Below the pieces are notes generated by a model, which was not told where the DNA came from, ran no database searches, and saw only the letters and a program-made list of their open reading frames with translations. Below are positions 9,329 through 18,277 of a DNA stretch of 64,000 nucleotides, piece after piece; position 1 is the first letter of the stretch; each line of letters opens with the position of its first letter. The stretch lies in sequence record NC_101838.1; one strand, given 5' to 3'. Both the position numbers and the translations under genes were made by a program. The stretch is from a phage.

Positions 9329-10705
9329 ATGCCATATTTAGATAAAGTGGTAGATGTTACAGTTAACCTCGGAACCCAGCCTATTGACACTGTAGGTTTC
9401 GAAACTCCCCTGTTCATCGCTATCCACAACAACTTTACTGAGCGAGCTCGCGTATATGCAGAGCTGGATCAGATGGTGGAAGATGGTTTCGCACAAGGCT
9501 CTGCAGCGTATGAGTTTGCAGCAAAAGCTTTTGGTGGTGTATTCCCTCCACAATACGTTATGATCGGCAGACAGGCCAAAGAAAAGACCACTGTAGATTT
9601 TAAAGGTATTGCTGCCGCAGCTGATACCGATGTCGTAATGACTATTGCAAAAGGTAGCTACAATACCTCTTTGATAGTCCCTATCTCTGGTGGAACAGCT
9701 GCAACTCAGATTGCAGAGTCAATGAAGACTAAAATCGAAGCAGATGATAACTTGGACGATATCACTGTAGAGGCTGCTGATGGTGTTATCACCATCACTG
9801 GTGACTGTACTGTTGGTTACCATACTGGTAACTATACAATCAAAAATATCGCCAATGCTGAAAAACCTTCTACAGTAGTTGATAAGATCAATGCTGAGCG
9901 TGACAATTGGTACTTCCTGTGCCATGAAGACCACACCGACATTGAAGCATGTGCTAAGTGGGCTCAGGCTAACTACAAGCTGCATGTCTACTCTACTGCA
10001 GAAGATGTGACTGGTAAAGATAATAACATCGCCACCAAACTGAAAGCTGCACAATATGACAGTGTCGGCATGTACGATCCTCGTGCAGATAAGGACTTCC
10101 CGGAGGGTGGTATCATAGGTGCTATGGCATCCAACGATCCGTCTTACGGCGACAGCTTGCACTTAAAACAGATGCCAGGTGTGATTGCACCGTCTCTGAC
10201 TTTAACTCAGCGTATGGCTATTTGGGAAAACCACGTTAACTTCTACAGAATGATTAACGGTGTTGGCGCTTTCTGGGAAGGTAAGTGTGCTTCAGGTCAG
10301 TATGCAGACGCTATTCGTTTTGCACACTGGATCAAGTTCAGATCTGAAGAATCTATGTTTGGGTACATGCATCGTCGCTCCAACATGGGTTTAAGCATGA
10401 AGATGTCTGATGATGATCTTCCGGTTATCAAGTCTGTTCTGATGAACAACCCGATCAATACTGGCATTAAGAATGGTGCGATCCTGACAGGTTTTGACGA
10501 AGACAATAATGTATTCTACGACCCGATCATCACAGTTCCTAAACGTGCAGAAATCCCAACCAATCAGTTGGCTGCTCGTGTTCTGGAAGGTGTGAAAGTA
10601 GAACTGGTGTATAACAACGCCCTGCACTTCGTTCGTATCCGGATCAACGTCCTTCTGGACAAAGTTGGTTCTAAATCCACCAATGCTGTTGCAATGACTG
10701 AATAA
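9329..10705 (+). CDS. tail sheath protein (putative)
   Basis: 458 aa; AAGAGGA RBS; gene order sheath-tube-chaperone(frameshift)-tape measure as in P2/Mu-type contractile tails. Confidence 0.5.
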   Translation: MPYLDKVVDVTVNLGTQPIDTVGFETPLFIAIHNNFTERARVYAELDQMVEDGFAQGSAAYEFAAKAFGGVFPPQYVMIGRQAKEKTTVDFKGIAAAADTDVVMTIAKGSYNTSLIVPISGGTAATQIAESMKTKIEADDNLDDITVEAADGVITITGDCTVGYHTGNYTIKNIANAEKPSTVVDKINAERDNWYFLCHEDHTDIEACAKWAQANYKLHVYSTAEDVTGKDNNIATKLKAAQYDSVGMYDPRADKDFPEGGIIGAMASNDPSYGDSLHLKQMPGVIAPSLTLTQRMAIWENHVNFYRMINGVGAFWEGKCASGQYADAIRFAHWIKFRSEESMFGYMHRRSNMGLSMKMSDDDLPVIKSVLMNNPINTGIKNGAILTGFDEDNNVFYDPIITVPKRAEIPTNQLAARVLEGVKVELVYNNALHFVRIRINVLLDKVGSKSTNAVAMTE

Positions 10706-10715
10706 GGAAGACTAG

Positions 10716-11189
10716 ATGGAAACTCAAATTTTAACTCCTTATGCGTATGACCCTAAAAAGGTCAAACTGTACCTGATGCAGCAGCGTGTCACTGGCTTCG
10801 CTGCTGACACCAAGATCGTTGTTTCAAGAAACGAAGACAACATCTACCCTCACGTTGGTGTGGATGGCGAAATGTCTGCGGCCCTGTCTCGTAACCAATC
10901 TGGTGTTATGACTGTATCTTTGCAGAACACTTCTGTATGGAACGCTTACCTTTCTGACTGGCAGAAACAGGCATCGATTACTGGTCTGGTATTCTTCCCA
11001 GTTCTGCTGGAAGGTAGCCAGGGTCCTGGTATTTCCACAATTGGTTGGATCCAGAAACAGCCTGACCTGACTTACGGAACCGAAGTAGGTCAGCTGGACT
11101 GGGATATCGGTATTCTGGATGCATGGCTCAACCGTGATAACATCACTGGTGCTCTTACTGGCCTCGCAGGTCTTGCAGGTATTATCTAA
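10716..11189 (+). CDS. tail tube protein (putative)
   Basis: 157 aa; optimised codon usage; followed by intrinsic terminator; position between sheath and chaperone genes. Confidence 0.5.
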   Translation: METQILTPYAYDPKKVKLYLMQQRVTGFAADTKIVVSRNEDNIYPHVGVDGEMSAALSRNQSGVMTVSLQNTSVWNAYLSDWQKQASITGLVFFPVLLEGSQGPGISTIGWIQKQPDLTYGTEVGQLDWDIGILDAWLNRDNITGALTGLAGLAGII

Positions 11190-11205
11190 GGGCACACTTT
11201 AGCAT

Positions 11206-11238
11206 AAGCCTCACCTTCGGGTGAGGCTTTTTGCTTTT
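11206..11238 (+). terminator. intrinsic terminator after tail tube gene
   Basis: AAGCCTCACC / GGTGAGGCTT stem with TTCG loop, followed by TTTTTGCTTTT. Confidence 0.75.
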
Positions 11239-11279
11239 ATGGTTTTGACACACGTTCTTGAATTGCTTGAAAGGTTAAA

Positions 11280-11308
11280 TTGACAATGCACCATAATCAT
11301 GGTAAAAT
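11280..11308 (+). promoter_or_regulatory. sigma70-like promoter (TTGACA-17-TGgTAAAAT)
   Basis: Consensus -35 at 11280-11285, 17-bp spacer, -10 11303-11308 with TG at 11300-11301; follows terminator. Confidence 0.6.
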
Positions 11309-11351
11309 ACACAAATATGGTGCACAACATGACTAATAAGGATGCTATAAA

Positions 11352-11825
11352 ATGGCTATAAACTTTAGACCTACAACAGAGATTGATTTAGCAGGGCACA
11401 ACTTTGTGATCACCCACTGGGGACCGATGAAAGCAATGAAAAACATGCCTAAAATCGGTAAGATTGTGGCTGTCCCGCTAGGTGCTATCGGTGGATCTAT
11501 TATCTCTGGTGGTCAGAATATGGCAGAGGTCCTTCCTACTGCTCTGGCTTACCTGTTCCAAGAACTTGATGATAGCTCTATTGAAGAGTTATTTAAAATC
11601 TTGTTCGAAGATATTACCGTAGATGGTGTGGATAAGCTTAACCCAGATGTTGTGTTTGCAGGGCATCTGCTGGAGATGATTAAGCTGGCAGGTAAGGTTC
11701 TGGAGGTTAACTACGGCTGTTTTTTCACACAAGACGGTTTAGGAAGCCTTCTGGAGATGTTACAGCAGATGGGTATGATTCAGCAGGTGAACAACCTGGA
11801 TCAGACTCCGGAAGAGCAGGAATAA
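11352..11825 (+). CDS. tail assembly chaperone (G-like, unshifted product)
   Basis: 157 aa acidic protein immediately upstream of tape measure gene; contains slippery heptamer T TTT TTC at 11720-11726. Confidence 0.65.
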   Translation: MAINFRPTTEIDLAGHNFVITHWGPMKAMKNMPKIGKIVAVPLGAIGGSIISGGQNMAEVLPTALAYLFQELDDSSIEELFKILFEDITVDGVDKLNPDVVFAGHLLEMIKLAGKVLEVNYGCFFTQDGLGSLLEMLQQMGMIQQVNNLDQTPEEQE

Positions 11826-12085
11826 GCAAGGTTGTTGTGAGGGCCAGTGAGTGGGCAGCCAAGAACAGTTCACTCAACTGGTTCGACTTTCTTTGGTGTA
11901 GGGTGCTCAAGAATTTCAAAGGGGAAAATTTTGAATCGCTAAATCTTGCAGATATGGCGTATTTCCTGAAGCTCTGTGAGTATCTTGATATCGAAGAATT
12001 CCTAGATACCGTCCAAAACAGGGAAATGGAGCGGGAGCAGAAGGCTGCCGCAGCTGCTGCGAAAGCTAAGCGCAGGAGAGGATAA
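11352..12085 (+). CDS. tail assembly chaperone, -1 frameshift fusion product (GT-like, about 244 aa)
   Basis: The -1 frame is open from 11711 (just upstream of the slippery site) to 12085; heptamer T_TTT_TTC at 11720-11726; arrangement matches the conserved G/GT frameshift of tailed phages. Confidence 0.6.
11720..11726 (+). other. -1 programmed ribosomal frameshift slippery heptamer (T_TTT_TTC)
   Basis: X_XXY_YYZ heptamer in frame of chaperone gene; -1 frame open from 11711 to 12085. Confidence 0.6.
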
Positions 12086-12090
12086 TCTAA

Positions 12091-12128
12091 GGGCCGGATT
12101 CCTTTTCTGGGATCTGGCCCTTTTTATT
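12091..12128 (+). terminator. terminator-like hairpin before tape measure gene (likely partial)
   Basis: GGGCCGGAT / ATCTGGCCC stem (one G-U pair), 12-nt loop, then TTTTTATT. Confidence 0.4.
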
Positions 12129-12139
12129 ATGAGGAAACC

Positions 12140-14476
12140 ATGGCTACAAACAAAATAGTTGCCACAACAGTCAACAAGATTGGCTTTGAGATAGAGAACT
12201 CCTCCTACAAAAAAGCTGTAGAGAAAATTCGCAGTATTGGGAGGGAGTTCAGGAAACTGGGCGAGGATTTTAACTCAGCCAACCCCATGAGTAGATGGCA
12301 GGCGGTAGCTGTTAAAACCCAGCAGACAATGCAGCGGGTTGCCAGACAGCAATCTCAGGCAAATGCTAAACTGCACAGAGAGAGCGTAGCACAGGCCAAG
12401 AAAGAGGCTGCAGTAAGGGCTGCAATAGAACGTAGGGAGAATGCGAGACGTAAACAAGCTGTAGGTAATCTTACCGCTAAAAATCCAGAAATGGCTAGGA
12501 TGCGTAAGTTCTACCAGCAGCAAGCTAAAGAGGCCAAAAAGGCTGCCAAATCTGCACCAGTGTCTTACGGCGGTTATAAGGCACCTAAGGCAAGAGTTTT
12601 GGCTAATGCCAAATCTTTCAAATATATCCCAGGTAACCCTAATATGGGTGGTGTGGCTTCCGACCCTAACCTTGTGAAAGCTCAGACAGCCGCTATGAAT
12701 CGTTATCATAGACAGCTAAGAAGAGACAGTAAAGCTGGTATGGATAATAGGCTTATGTCGGATCGTGAGGCAAGGAGAACCCACCTCTACAACTCCGCGA
12801 TAAGACTTTCTGCCAAGTATGGGGCCGGATTCCGTGGAAGCTTGCCAGGATACTCAGAGTTAGAGTCCAGGTTTGCTCGCGGGGAGATGAAGAAGTCAAC
12901 CTTTAACGCCCACCTGTCAGCGCTGCAGTCTGGGTTTAAAAGCGCCACCAGCCAAACGCTTACACTAGGCGATGCCATGAGAGACTTACGTAGATCTGTT
13001 ATTAATGCAACAGCTGCGTATACAGCTTTTTCTGGATTTGCTGCGGTTAACAGATCCGGTCACATGATGGAGGGGGCAAGTGCTGCTCTTACTGCTGTCA
13101 CTGGAGATCCAAACAAAGCCAACAGTGAGGTTGCGTTTGTCCAGCAAGAGGCTATGCGTCTTGGTTTTGATCTCAAATCTGGTCTTCAAGGTTACGCCCA
13201 GATGTCGGTAAACGCCAAAAACCAGATGACAAATCAGGAAGTGCATGAGCTGTTTTCTGCATACTCCCAGTATGCTGCTGCTTATGGTGCCGATGAGGTA
13301 AAATACCAGCGCGGTATTATGGCAATCCAACAGATGCTCGGGAAAGGACAGGTAATGTCCGAAGAACTGAAGCAACAACTTGCTGAAGCATTGCCTGGTG
13401 CATACGAACCTTTTATTAAGGCCACCAAAGAGGCTTTTGGTCTTTCTGAACTCTCCATGGATCAGTTCATGGACATGATGAAGAAAGGTGAGGTTAAAAC
13501 AGCCAAGATCATGAAGTATGTGGCTAAGTACATGAACGAGGCATCTGCAGCTGGTTATGAAAGAATGCAGAAGTCTAACGTGCTGGCAGAAAACAGACTG
13601 AAAACCTTTATCGAACTGACTCGTCAGAAACTGTTCACCCGTTGGTCTGACGAACTAACAGAGTTCTATTATACACTAATCCGCACTGGTGAGACTCTGC
13701 AATTTGTGTGGGATGCCTCTGGTGATTTTGTTAGTGGGTTTGTGAGAGGCCTTAACTGGGTAGTTGGTGAACTGAACAACACTATAGTCAAGATCCGCAT
13801 GTTTTTCCTTGAATGGGGGATTAAATGGGGGTTCATAACAGCTAAGACGAAGGAATATTCTGAAGAGCTTCATGACACCTTTAGCTATGCTAAATGGGCA
13901 GGGTTTGCTGCTGCCATCATGCTGGTCGTCAACGCCCTAACAAAAGGTTTTGTCATGGCATCTATGCTTGTAAAAACCTTTAAATTCCTTAGCTCTCTAA
14001 GGGGTGCAGCTGGAGTAGCAGGTGCCGCTACTACAGAAGGATCTGGTGGTGGAGCTCCGGCAGGAAAAGGTGGGGGTGGCCTCAAGACACCTGGTGGCAA
14101 AGTTGGTCTGCTCGGTAAGCTGGGCATTATCGGTACAATACTAAGCGCCGGGGAATTATTTAATGACCGTTACAACCCACTAAGTGAAAGAAATCAGCAG
14201 CTGGATACTATCAGCGATATGATTCGCAAAGATATCATATCGGGAGGTAACGGATTTGTTAATCCTTTGGACACCTTACCGGGCGGGACTCTTCCGTTGC
14301 CAGGTGGCCCTGGTTTTGCCTCTCAATTAAGAACTATGGAAATGCTACCTTTAGAGATCAGTGATGGGAAAATCACGATTTCAATAGATGAGGGTGAGTT
14401 TAACAAAATATTTGATGCAAAACTTGAGTGGGAGAACAATAAAGATATCAACTTCATGTCTACCGACCTTTGGTAA
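12140..14476 (+). CDS. tail tape measure protein
   Basis: 778 aa; helical/charged N-terminal region, hydrophobic and Gly-rich segment (GAAGVAGAATTEGSGGGAPAGKGGGG); directly after chaperone pair. Confidence 0.7.
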   Translation: MATNKIVATTVNKIGFEIENSSYKKAVEKIRSIGREFRKLGEDFNSANPMSRWQAVAVKTQQTMQRVARQQSQANAKLHRESVAQAKKEAAVRAAIERRENARRKQAVGNLTAKNPEMARMRKFYQQQAKEAKKAAKSAPVSYGGYKAPKARVLANAKSFKYIPGNPNMGGVASDPNLVKAQTAAMNRYHRQLRRDSKAGMDNRLMSDREARRTHLYNSAIRLSAKYGAGFRGSLPGYSELESRFARGEMKKSTFNAHLSALQSGFKSATSQTLTLGDAMRDLRRSVINATAAYTAFSGFAAVNRSGHMMEGASAALTAVTGDPNKANSEVAFVQQEAMRLGFDLKSGLQGYAQMSVNAKNQMTNQEVHELFSAYSQYAAAYGADEVKYQRGIMAIQQMLGKGQVMSEELKQQLAEALPGAYEPFIKATKEAFGLSELSMDQFMDMMKKGEVKTAKIMKYVAKYMNEASAAGYERMQKSNVLAENRLKTFIELTRQKLFTRWSDELTEFYYTLIRTGETLQFVWDASGDFVSGFVRGLNWVVGELNNTIVKIRMFFLEWGIKWGFITAKTKEYSEELHDTFSYAKWAGFAAAIMLVVNALTKGFVMASMLVKTFKFLSSLRGAAGVAGAATTEGSGGGAPAGKGGGGLKTPGGKVGLLGKLGIIGTILSAGELFNDRYNPLSERNQQLDTISDMIRKDIISGGNGFVNPLDTLPGGTLPLPGGPGFASQLRTMEMLPLEISDGKITISIDEGEFNKIFDAKLEWENNKDINFMSTDLW

Positions 14477-14486
14477 TAAACTGTGC

Positions 14487-14512
14487 AGGGGGCTCCGGCC
14501 CCCTTTATTTTA
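14487..14512 (+). terminator. intrinsic terminator after tape measure gene
   Basis: AGGGGGC / GCCCCCT stem, TCCG loop, TTTATTTT tail. Confidence 0.7.
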
Positions 14513-14518
14513 TCGGTG

Positions 14519-14547
14519 TTGTAAAAACGGCTATTTTATGATACAAT
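14519..14547 (+). promoter_or_regulatory. sigma70-like promoter (TTGTAA-17-TGaTACAAT)
   Basis: -35 14519-14524, -10 14542-14547; follows terminator after tape measure gene. Confidence 0.5.
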
Positions 14548-14580
14548 ATCTAGATGGTATCGGAGTGTCCTGGAGAGGTT

Positions 14581-15465
14581 ATGCCAAGCAATATAGTTGA
14601 TGAAAAAGACCTGTACAAGCCTCAAGAGGTTAAATCTCCAAAGGCTGAAAAGGCAGAACAGCAAACTGAAAGCGATGTAAAGTACACTATGTTTGTCAGC
14701 GGTCTTAACTATGGTGGTCGCAATACGGAGATGAAGGGTAAAAACTTTACTAACGATCTTGCCATCATCTTCGATCAGGTTGAGAATTACTCTTTCAAAC
14801 ATTCTGTTGATAAGACTGGGTTTGCGGTGGAAGATAAATCTACCCTGTCAGACCACGCTGTAATTAAAGATGGTGTATTTTCTTTTACTGGTAGGGTAAA
14901 TACATCACCACATATAATCTATGAGCAAAACTACATTGACAGGAATACTGACTCTAAAAACCCTGCAGCGTCTATGCGACCAGGCGCTGCACTGGAGGCT
15001 TTGACTGAGATCATTAATAAGCGCCAGTTGGTTTCTTTGGTTACCGAGGAGAGACTCCTTGAGAACTACATCATAACCAGCCTTTCTGCCAACAAGTCTG
15101 TTGGTGAAGGTGCTGCGATGGTGTTTGATGTAGAACTTACAGAGTTCCGCACATTCTACTTGAACAAGGTTGTTAATGCAACTGTATACAGCAACCCTAA
15201 GAAAGTAGGCAAGACCCAGCAAAAAGGTGCTGTCAACGACTGTAAGAATGGCAGTAACGTAGGTAACAAGAGGGACACAGGGGCATTTGCAGACACTGCA
15301 TCCACAAATGCCGCAGAAGAGTGGCAGCCCTACAAATCTATGATGTGGACGGATGAAAACGGTGTTACTCAATCTGCTGCGGATTGGTATTATCAGGAAT
15401 ATGGAAGACCTTCTACCATAGTCCCATCTGAGCAGGGAAACTACAACAAAGTTAACGGAAAATAA
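14581..15465 (+). CDS. hypothetical tail/baseplate assembly protein
   Basis: Track start 14554 lies at the predicted transcription start; ATG 14581 with GGAGAGG RBS preferred; first gene after tape measure. Confidence 0.4.
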   Translation: MPSNIVDEKDLYKPQEVKSPKAEKAEQQTESDVKYTMFVSGLNYGGRNTEMKGKNFTNDLAIIFDQVENYSFKHSVDKTGFAVEDKSTLSDHAVIKDGVFSFTGRVNTSPHIIYEQNYIDRNTDSKNPAASMRPGAALEALTEIINKRQLVSLVTEERLLENYIITSLSANKSVGEGAAMVFDVELTEFRTFYLNKVVNATVYSNPKKVGKTQQKGAVNDCKNGSNVGNKRDTGAFADTASTNAAEEWQPYKSMMWTDENGVTQSAADWYYQEYGRPSTIVPSEQGNYNKVNGK

Positions 15466-15477
15466 GGGGAGCGTGTA

Positions 15478-15858
15478 ATGGAACTTAAAGATTGGTGCAT
15501 AATCACCTTTGTGTGGGACATTGACGGCTTTCCTGATCAAACCATGCGTGTTGTTTTAGACAATGAGACGTATGAAATGCGTATGCAATGGAATGAGAGG
15601 GATGAGTCCTGGTGGTTATCTCTTGGTCCGGTAGGTGACAGCCCTTTAGTAACCAGAAAAGTAACAGCTTGTCAAGATATTTTAGACGGATTGCATTACA
15701 GAGACGATTTACCGAAAGGTAGATTGATGGCGCTGTCGTTTAAAGACGATCAATATTGGGGCAGGGTTGGAAGATATAACCTTGGGGCGAGATCTGAGCT
15801 ACAACTTGTATACGGCACCCCGGTTGATCTTTACAAGGAACAGCAAGGGTTAGAATAA
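15478..15858 (+). CDS. hypothetical baseplate-associated protein
   Basis: 126 aa; tightly packed in baseplate operon. Confidence 0.35.
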   Translation: MELKDWCIITFVWDIDGFPDQTMRVVLDNETYEMRMQWNERDESWWLSLGPVGDSPLVTRKVTACQDILDGLHYRDDLPKGRLMALSFKDDQYWGRVGRYNLGARSELQLVYGTPVDLYKEQQGLE

Positions 15859-16862
15859 TGGCAGAGTACAGACGTAGAACATGGCGATTATTGTTTGGTC
15901 GTCCTGTAGAACATGGCGGTAAATCAAAAACCAATATCCCAAAATCTGTTGAAAAGAAAGGGGAGAGTGATTCCGGAGTTTATGAAGTTAGCTCAGACAC
16001 TGGTGCTGCCAATATAGAGTTTGACATACAAAAGGACAATACCAAAGAGCCAAACAAAGGTTATGTGACAGTTTACAACCTGTCTGACGATACAGTTAAC
16101 TATCTGGATATGCATCAGGCTGATGCCCTTGCAGTTATGTTTGAAGCTGGCTATGATAATGAGAACCAGTTGATATTCTCCGGAACTGTGGAGTTTGTTG
16201 AAGACAGGTGGGAAGGTCCGACCAGAAAAACTAAGTTCATCTTTGGGGATGGCACTGAGAACATCATTAAGTGCCAAAGCACAAGATCTTATCAGAAAGG
16301 TACACCTCTGAACTCTGTGCTTAATGACCTACTGAAGGATATGAACTTGCCAAAAGGTAGGGTTGTTGGTTTTGGAAACCAGACTTTGCAATACTCTATG
16401 GCTTTCTCTGGAAACACTGCAGAGAACCTCCGCAGGTTTGCAAGGCTGACCAACTCAACATTTAGCGTTCAGGATGGGGCTTTGTATTGGACCAAGGTTG
16501 GAAAAAGGTTCAAAGACTCTGTGTTTGAAATAAGTGCAGAGTCTGGGATGCACGGATCTCCTACCCCTAAAAACCCAGAACCTGCTAAAAAACGAAAAGC
16601 TAAAGCTGCTGCCAAAGGTGGTTCGACATCTAAAAAGAAAAAGAAAAACCCGAGAGAGGATGTTGGCCTTACTGTAACCACATGCCTTAACGGAGCTATC
16701 CTCCCAGAGTCCACTATTTATCTTAAAAGCAAGCAATATACAGGCTTCTATAAGGTGATCACGGTGCATCATAAGGGCACCATAGAAGGTGGTGATTACA
16801 CTACAGAGCTTGGCCTTGGGGAAACAGTGGGTGGAGTTGTTGACAAAACTGAGGAGGTATAA
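15858..16862 (+). CDS. baseplate hub-like protein (putative)
   Basis: 334 aa; position immediately upstream of the spike gene as for Mu/P2 hub proteins; Lys-rich internal stretch KKRKAKAAAKGGSTSKKKKK. Confidence 0.3.
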   Translation: MAEYRRRTWRLLFGRPVEHGGKSKTNIPKSVEKKGESDSGVYEVSSDTGAANIEFDIQKDNTKEPNKGYVTVYNLSDDTVNYLDMHQADALAVMFEAGYDNENQLIFSGTVEFVEDRWEGPTRKTKFIFGDGTENIIKCQSTRSYQKGTPLNSVLNDLLKDMNLPKGRVVGFGNQTLQYSMAFSGNTAENLRRFARLTNSTFSVQDGALYWTKVGKRFKDSVFEISAESGMHGSPTPKNPEPAKKRKAKAAAKGGSTSKKKKKNPREDVGLTVTTCLNGAILPESTIYLKSKQYTGFYKVITVHHKGTIEGGDYTTELGLGETVGGVVDKTEEV

Positions 16863-17539
16863 TGGCAATAAATAGGAAAGATGCTGCTGTAAGATCTTTT
16901 ATAGAAAAAATAATGAGGGACTACCACACCAGTATCAGGGCCAGAGTTGTCAGTGTAGACTACAGTATACCTTCTGCAGCCGTGCAGCCAATAGCTGAAA
17001 CTACGTTTGATGACGGAGATGTGGAGAGATACCCTCTTATCTATGACGTTCCAATTCAGGTGATGTCTGCAAACAGCGGAAAGGCAAGGTTAACACTCCC
17101 TATTAAGGCTGGAGATGTTGTAGGATTGCAGTTTTCAGAGAGAAATGAAAACAATAACGACGATCAACAAACTCACGGCCTGTTTCCAGGGTGGGCAATC
17201 ACCTCTGTTCATTCAGACTCAAACGCCTTACAGATCGATCCTGATAACGTAGAGTTATGGAACGATAGAGTTTATTTTAAACTGACACCTTCTGGCGATT
17301 TTGAGCTTCAAACACCTGGTGGGACATTACGGTGCGACAGCAGCGGGGAGTTTTCTTTCACTAACGGGGCTGCCAATTTGCGAGCTGCTGTGGATGGGAA
17401 TATCAGAATGAATGGTGCTACAATAGACCCATCTGGTAGAATTATAACTGCTGCAGGTGTGGATTTGGATTCATTCTATGCAGAATATAAAGGTCATACC
17501 CACTCTTGCCCTGATGGCGAGACAAGTGGACCGCACTAA
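16862..17539 (+). CDS. baseplate central spike protein (gpV-like, putative)
   Basis: 225 aa; C-terminal His/Cys motif YKGHTHSCPDGETSGPH resembling metal-binding spike apex; located just upstream of gp25-like gene. Confidence 0.45.
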   Translation: MAINRKDAAVRSFIEKIMRDYHTSIRARVVSVDYSIPSAAVQPIAETTFDDGDVERYPLIYDVPIQVMSANSGKARLTLPIKAGDVVGLQFSERNENNNDDQQTHGLFPGWAITSVHSDSNALQIDPDNVELWNDRVYFKLTPSGDFELQTPGGTLRCDSSGEFSFTNGAANLRAAVDGNIRMNGATIDPSGRIITAAGVDLDSFYAEYKGHTHSCPDGETSGPH

Positions 17540-17551
17540 TAGAGGGCTTTC

Positions 17552-18268
17552 ATGGCTACGCTTTATAGTGATATATTGATGGACCCGCAGACAGGCGATT
17601 TGGCGATAGACAAAGGTCTTGAGTTGATAGATTCAAACCAGGTAAGTCTGCGCCAGCGCTTGTGGATGAGGTTTAATACGTGGAAGGGGAGCTGGTACTT
17701 TGACGAGCTGTTTGGCTTCCCTTATATGGACTTTCTCAGCAAGAAGGTCATGAAGACTGTTCTTGATAACAAGATCATGGAAGTGGCAAGACAAGAGCCG
17801 GATGTGCTAAACATCATAAACTTCCAGTCTACCATGGACCGAAGATCGAGAACATACCAAGCGTTCTTCGAGGTTGTTACCAAAGAGAACGAGATTGTAA
17901 GGCTGGCTTTCGTAGGTCTTGATCAGTTCACCTACCCACAGCCTGATTCTGGGACAACCTCTCTCTGTGATGATGAGGGTTGGATTAAGTGGGCTAATAA
18001 ACTGTACTATCTGATCAACTTCAGATTGCCTAGAACAGGAGATGCCACATGGTGGAACCAGTATGCTGGCCCTGAGATGGAAAACCCGATCCCTGTAGGC
18101 TCTCTGTTGACTCAGGATAAAGATCTGCTGATGACTGAGGCAGAACAAACCATTAACCGCAATACCTGGACGCTTGCTCCAGATGAGCGCGAATACTCTG
18201 GTGTTATTGCTACCTCCAATGATGAGGCTATTGCCAACCAGTCTGGTCGTGCTATTGATGTTAACTAA
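17552..18268 (+). CDS. baseplate wedge protein, gp25/gpW-like
   Basis: N-terminal segment MATLYSDILMDPQTGDLAIDKG...GSWYFDELFG resembles the gp25/GPW family signature; 238 aa, so carries an extra C-terminal domain. Confidence 0.55.
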   Translation: MATLYSDILMDPQTGDLAIDKGLELIDSNQVSLRQRLWMRFNTWKGSWYFDELFGFPYMDFLSKKVMKTVLDNKIMEVARQEPDVLNIINFQSTMDRRSRTYQAFFEVVTKENEIVRLAFVGLDQFTYPQPDSGTTSLCDDEGWIKWANKLYYLINFRLPRTGDATWWNQYAGPEMENPIPVGSLLTQDKDLLMTEAEQTINRNTWTLAPDEREYSGVIATSNDEAIANQSGRAIDVN

Positions 18269-18277
18269 GGAGAAATC

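Noticed and set aside
11245-11250. Consensus TTGACA hexamer 35 bp upstream of the promoter at 11280
   Set aside because: No acceptable -10 hexamer at 16-18 bp spacing; the adjacent TTGACA-17-TAAAAT element is the better candidate.
11190-11351. Largest intergenic regions (11190-11351, 47463-47626, 26353-26450, 31619-31723) screened for tRNA or small RNA genes
   Set aside because: Fully accounted for by terminator plus promoter elements; AT-rich, with no cloverleaf-compatible GC stems; no tRNA-like structure seen anywhere in the window.
16621-16642. A-rich tracts (AAAAAGAAAAAGAAAAA at about 16621-16642 and A7 at about 38137-38143) as possible slippage or phase-variation sites
   Set aside because: Interrupted or short homopolymers that simply encode Lys-rich peptide; no alternative frame with an extended ORF follows them.
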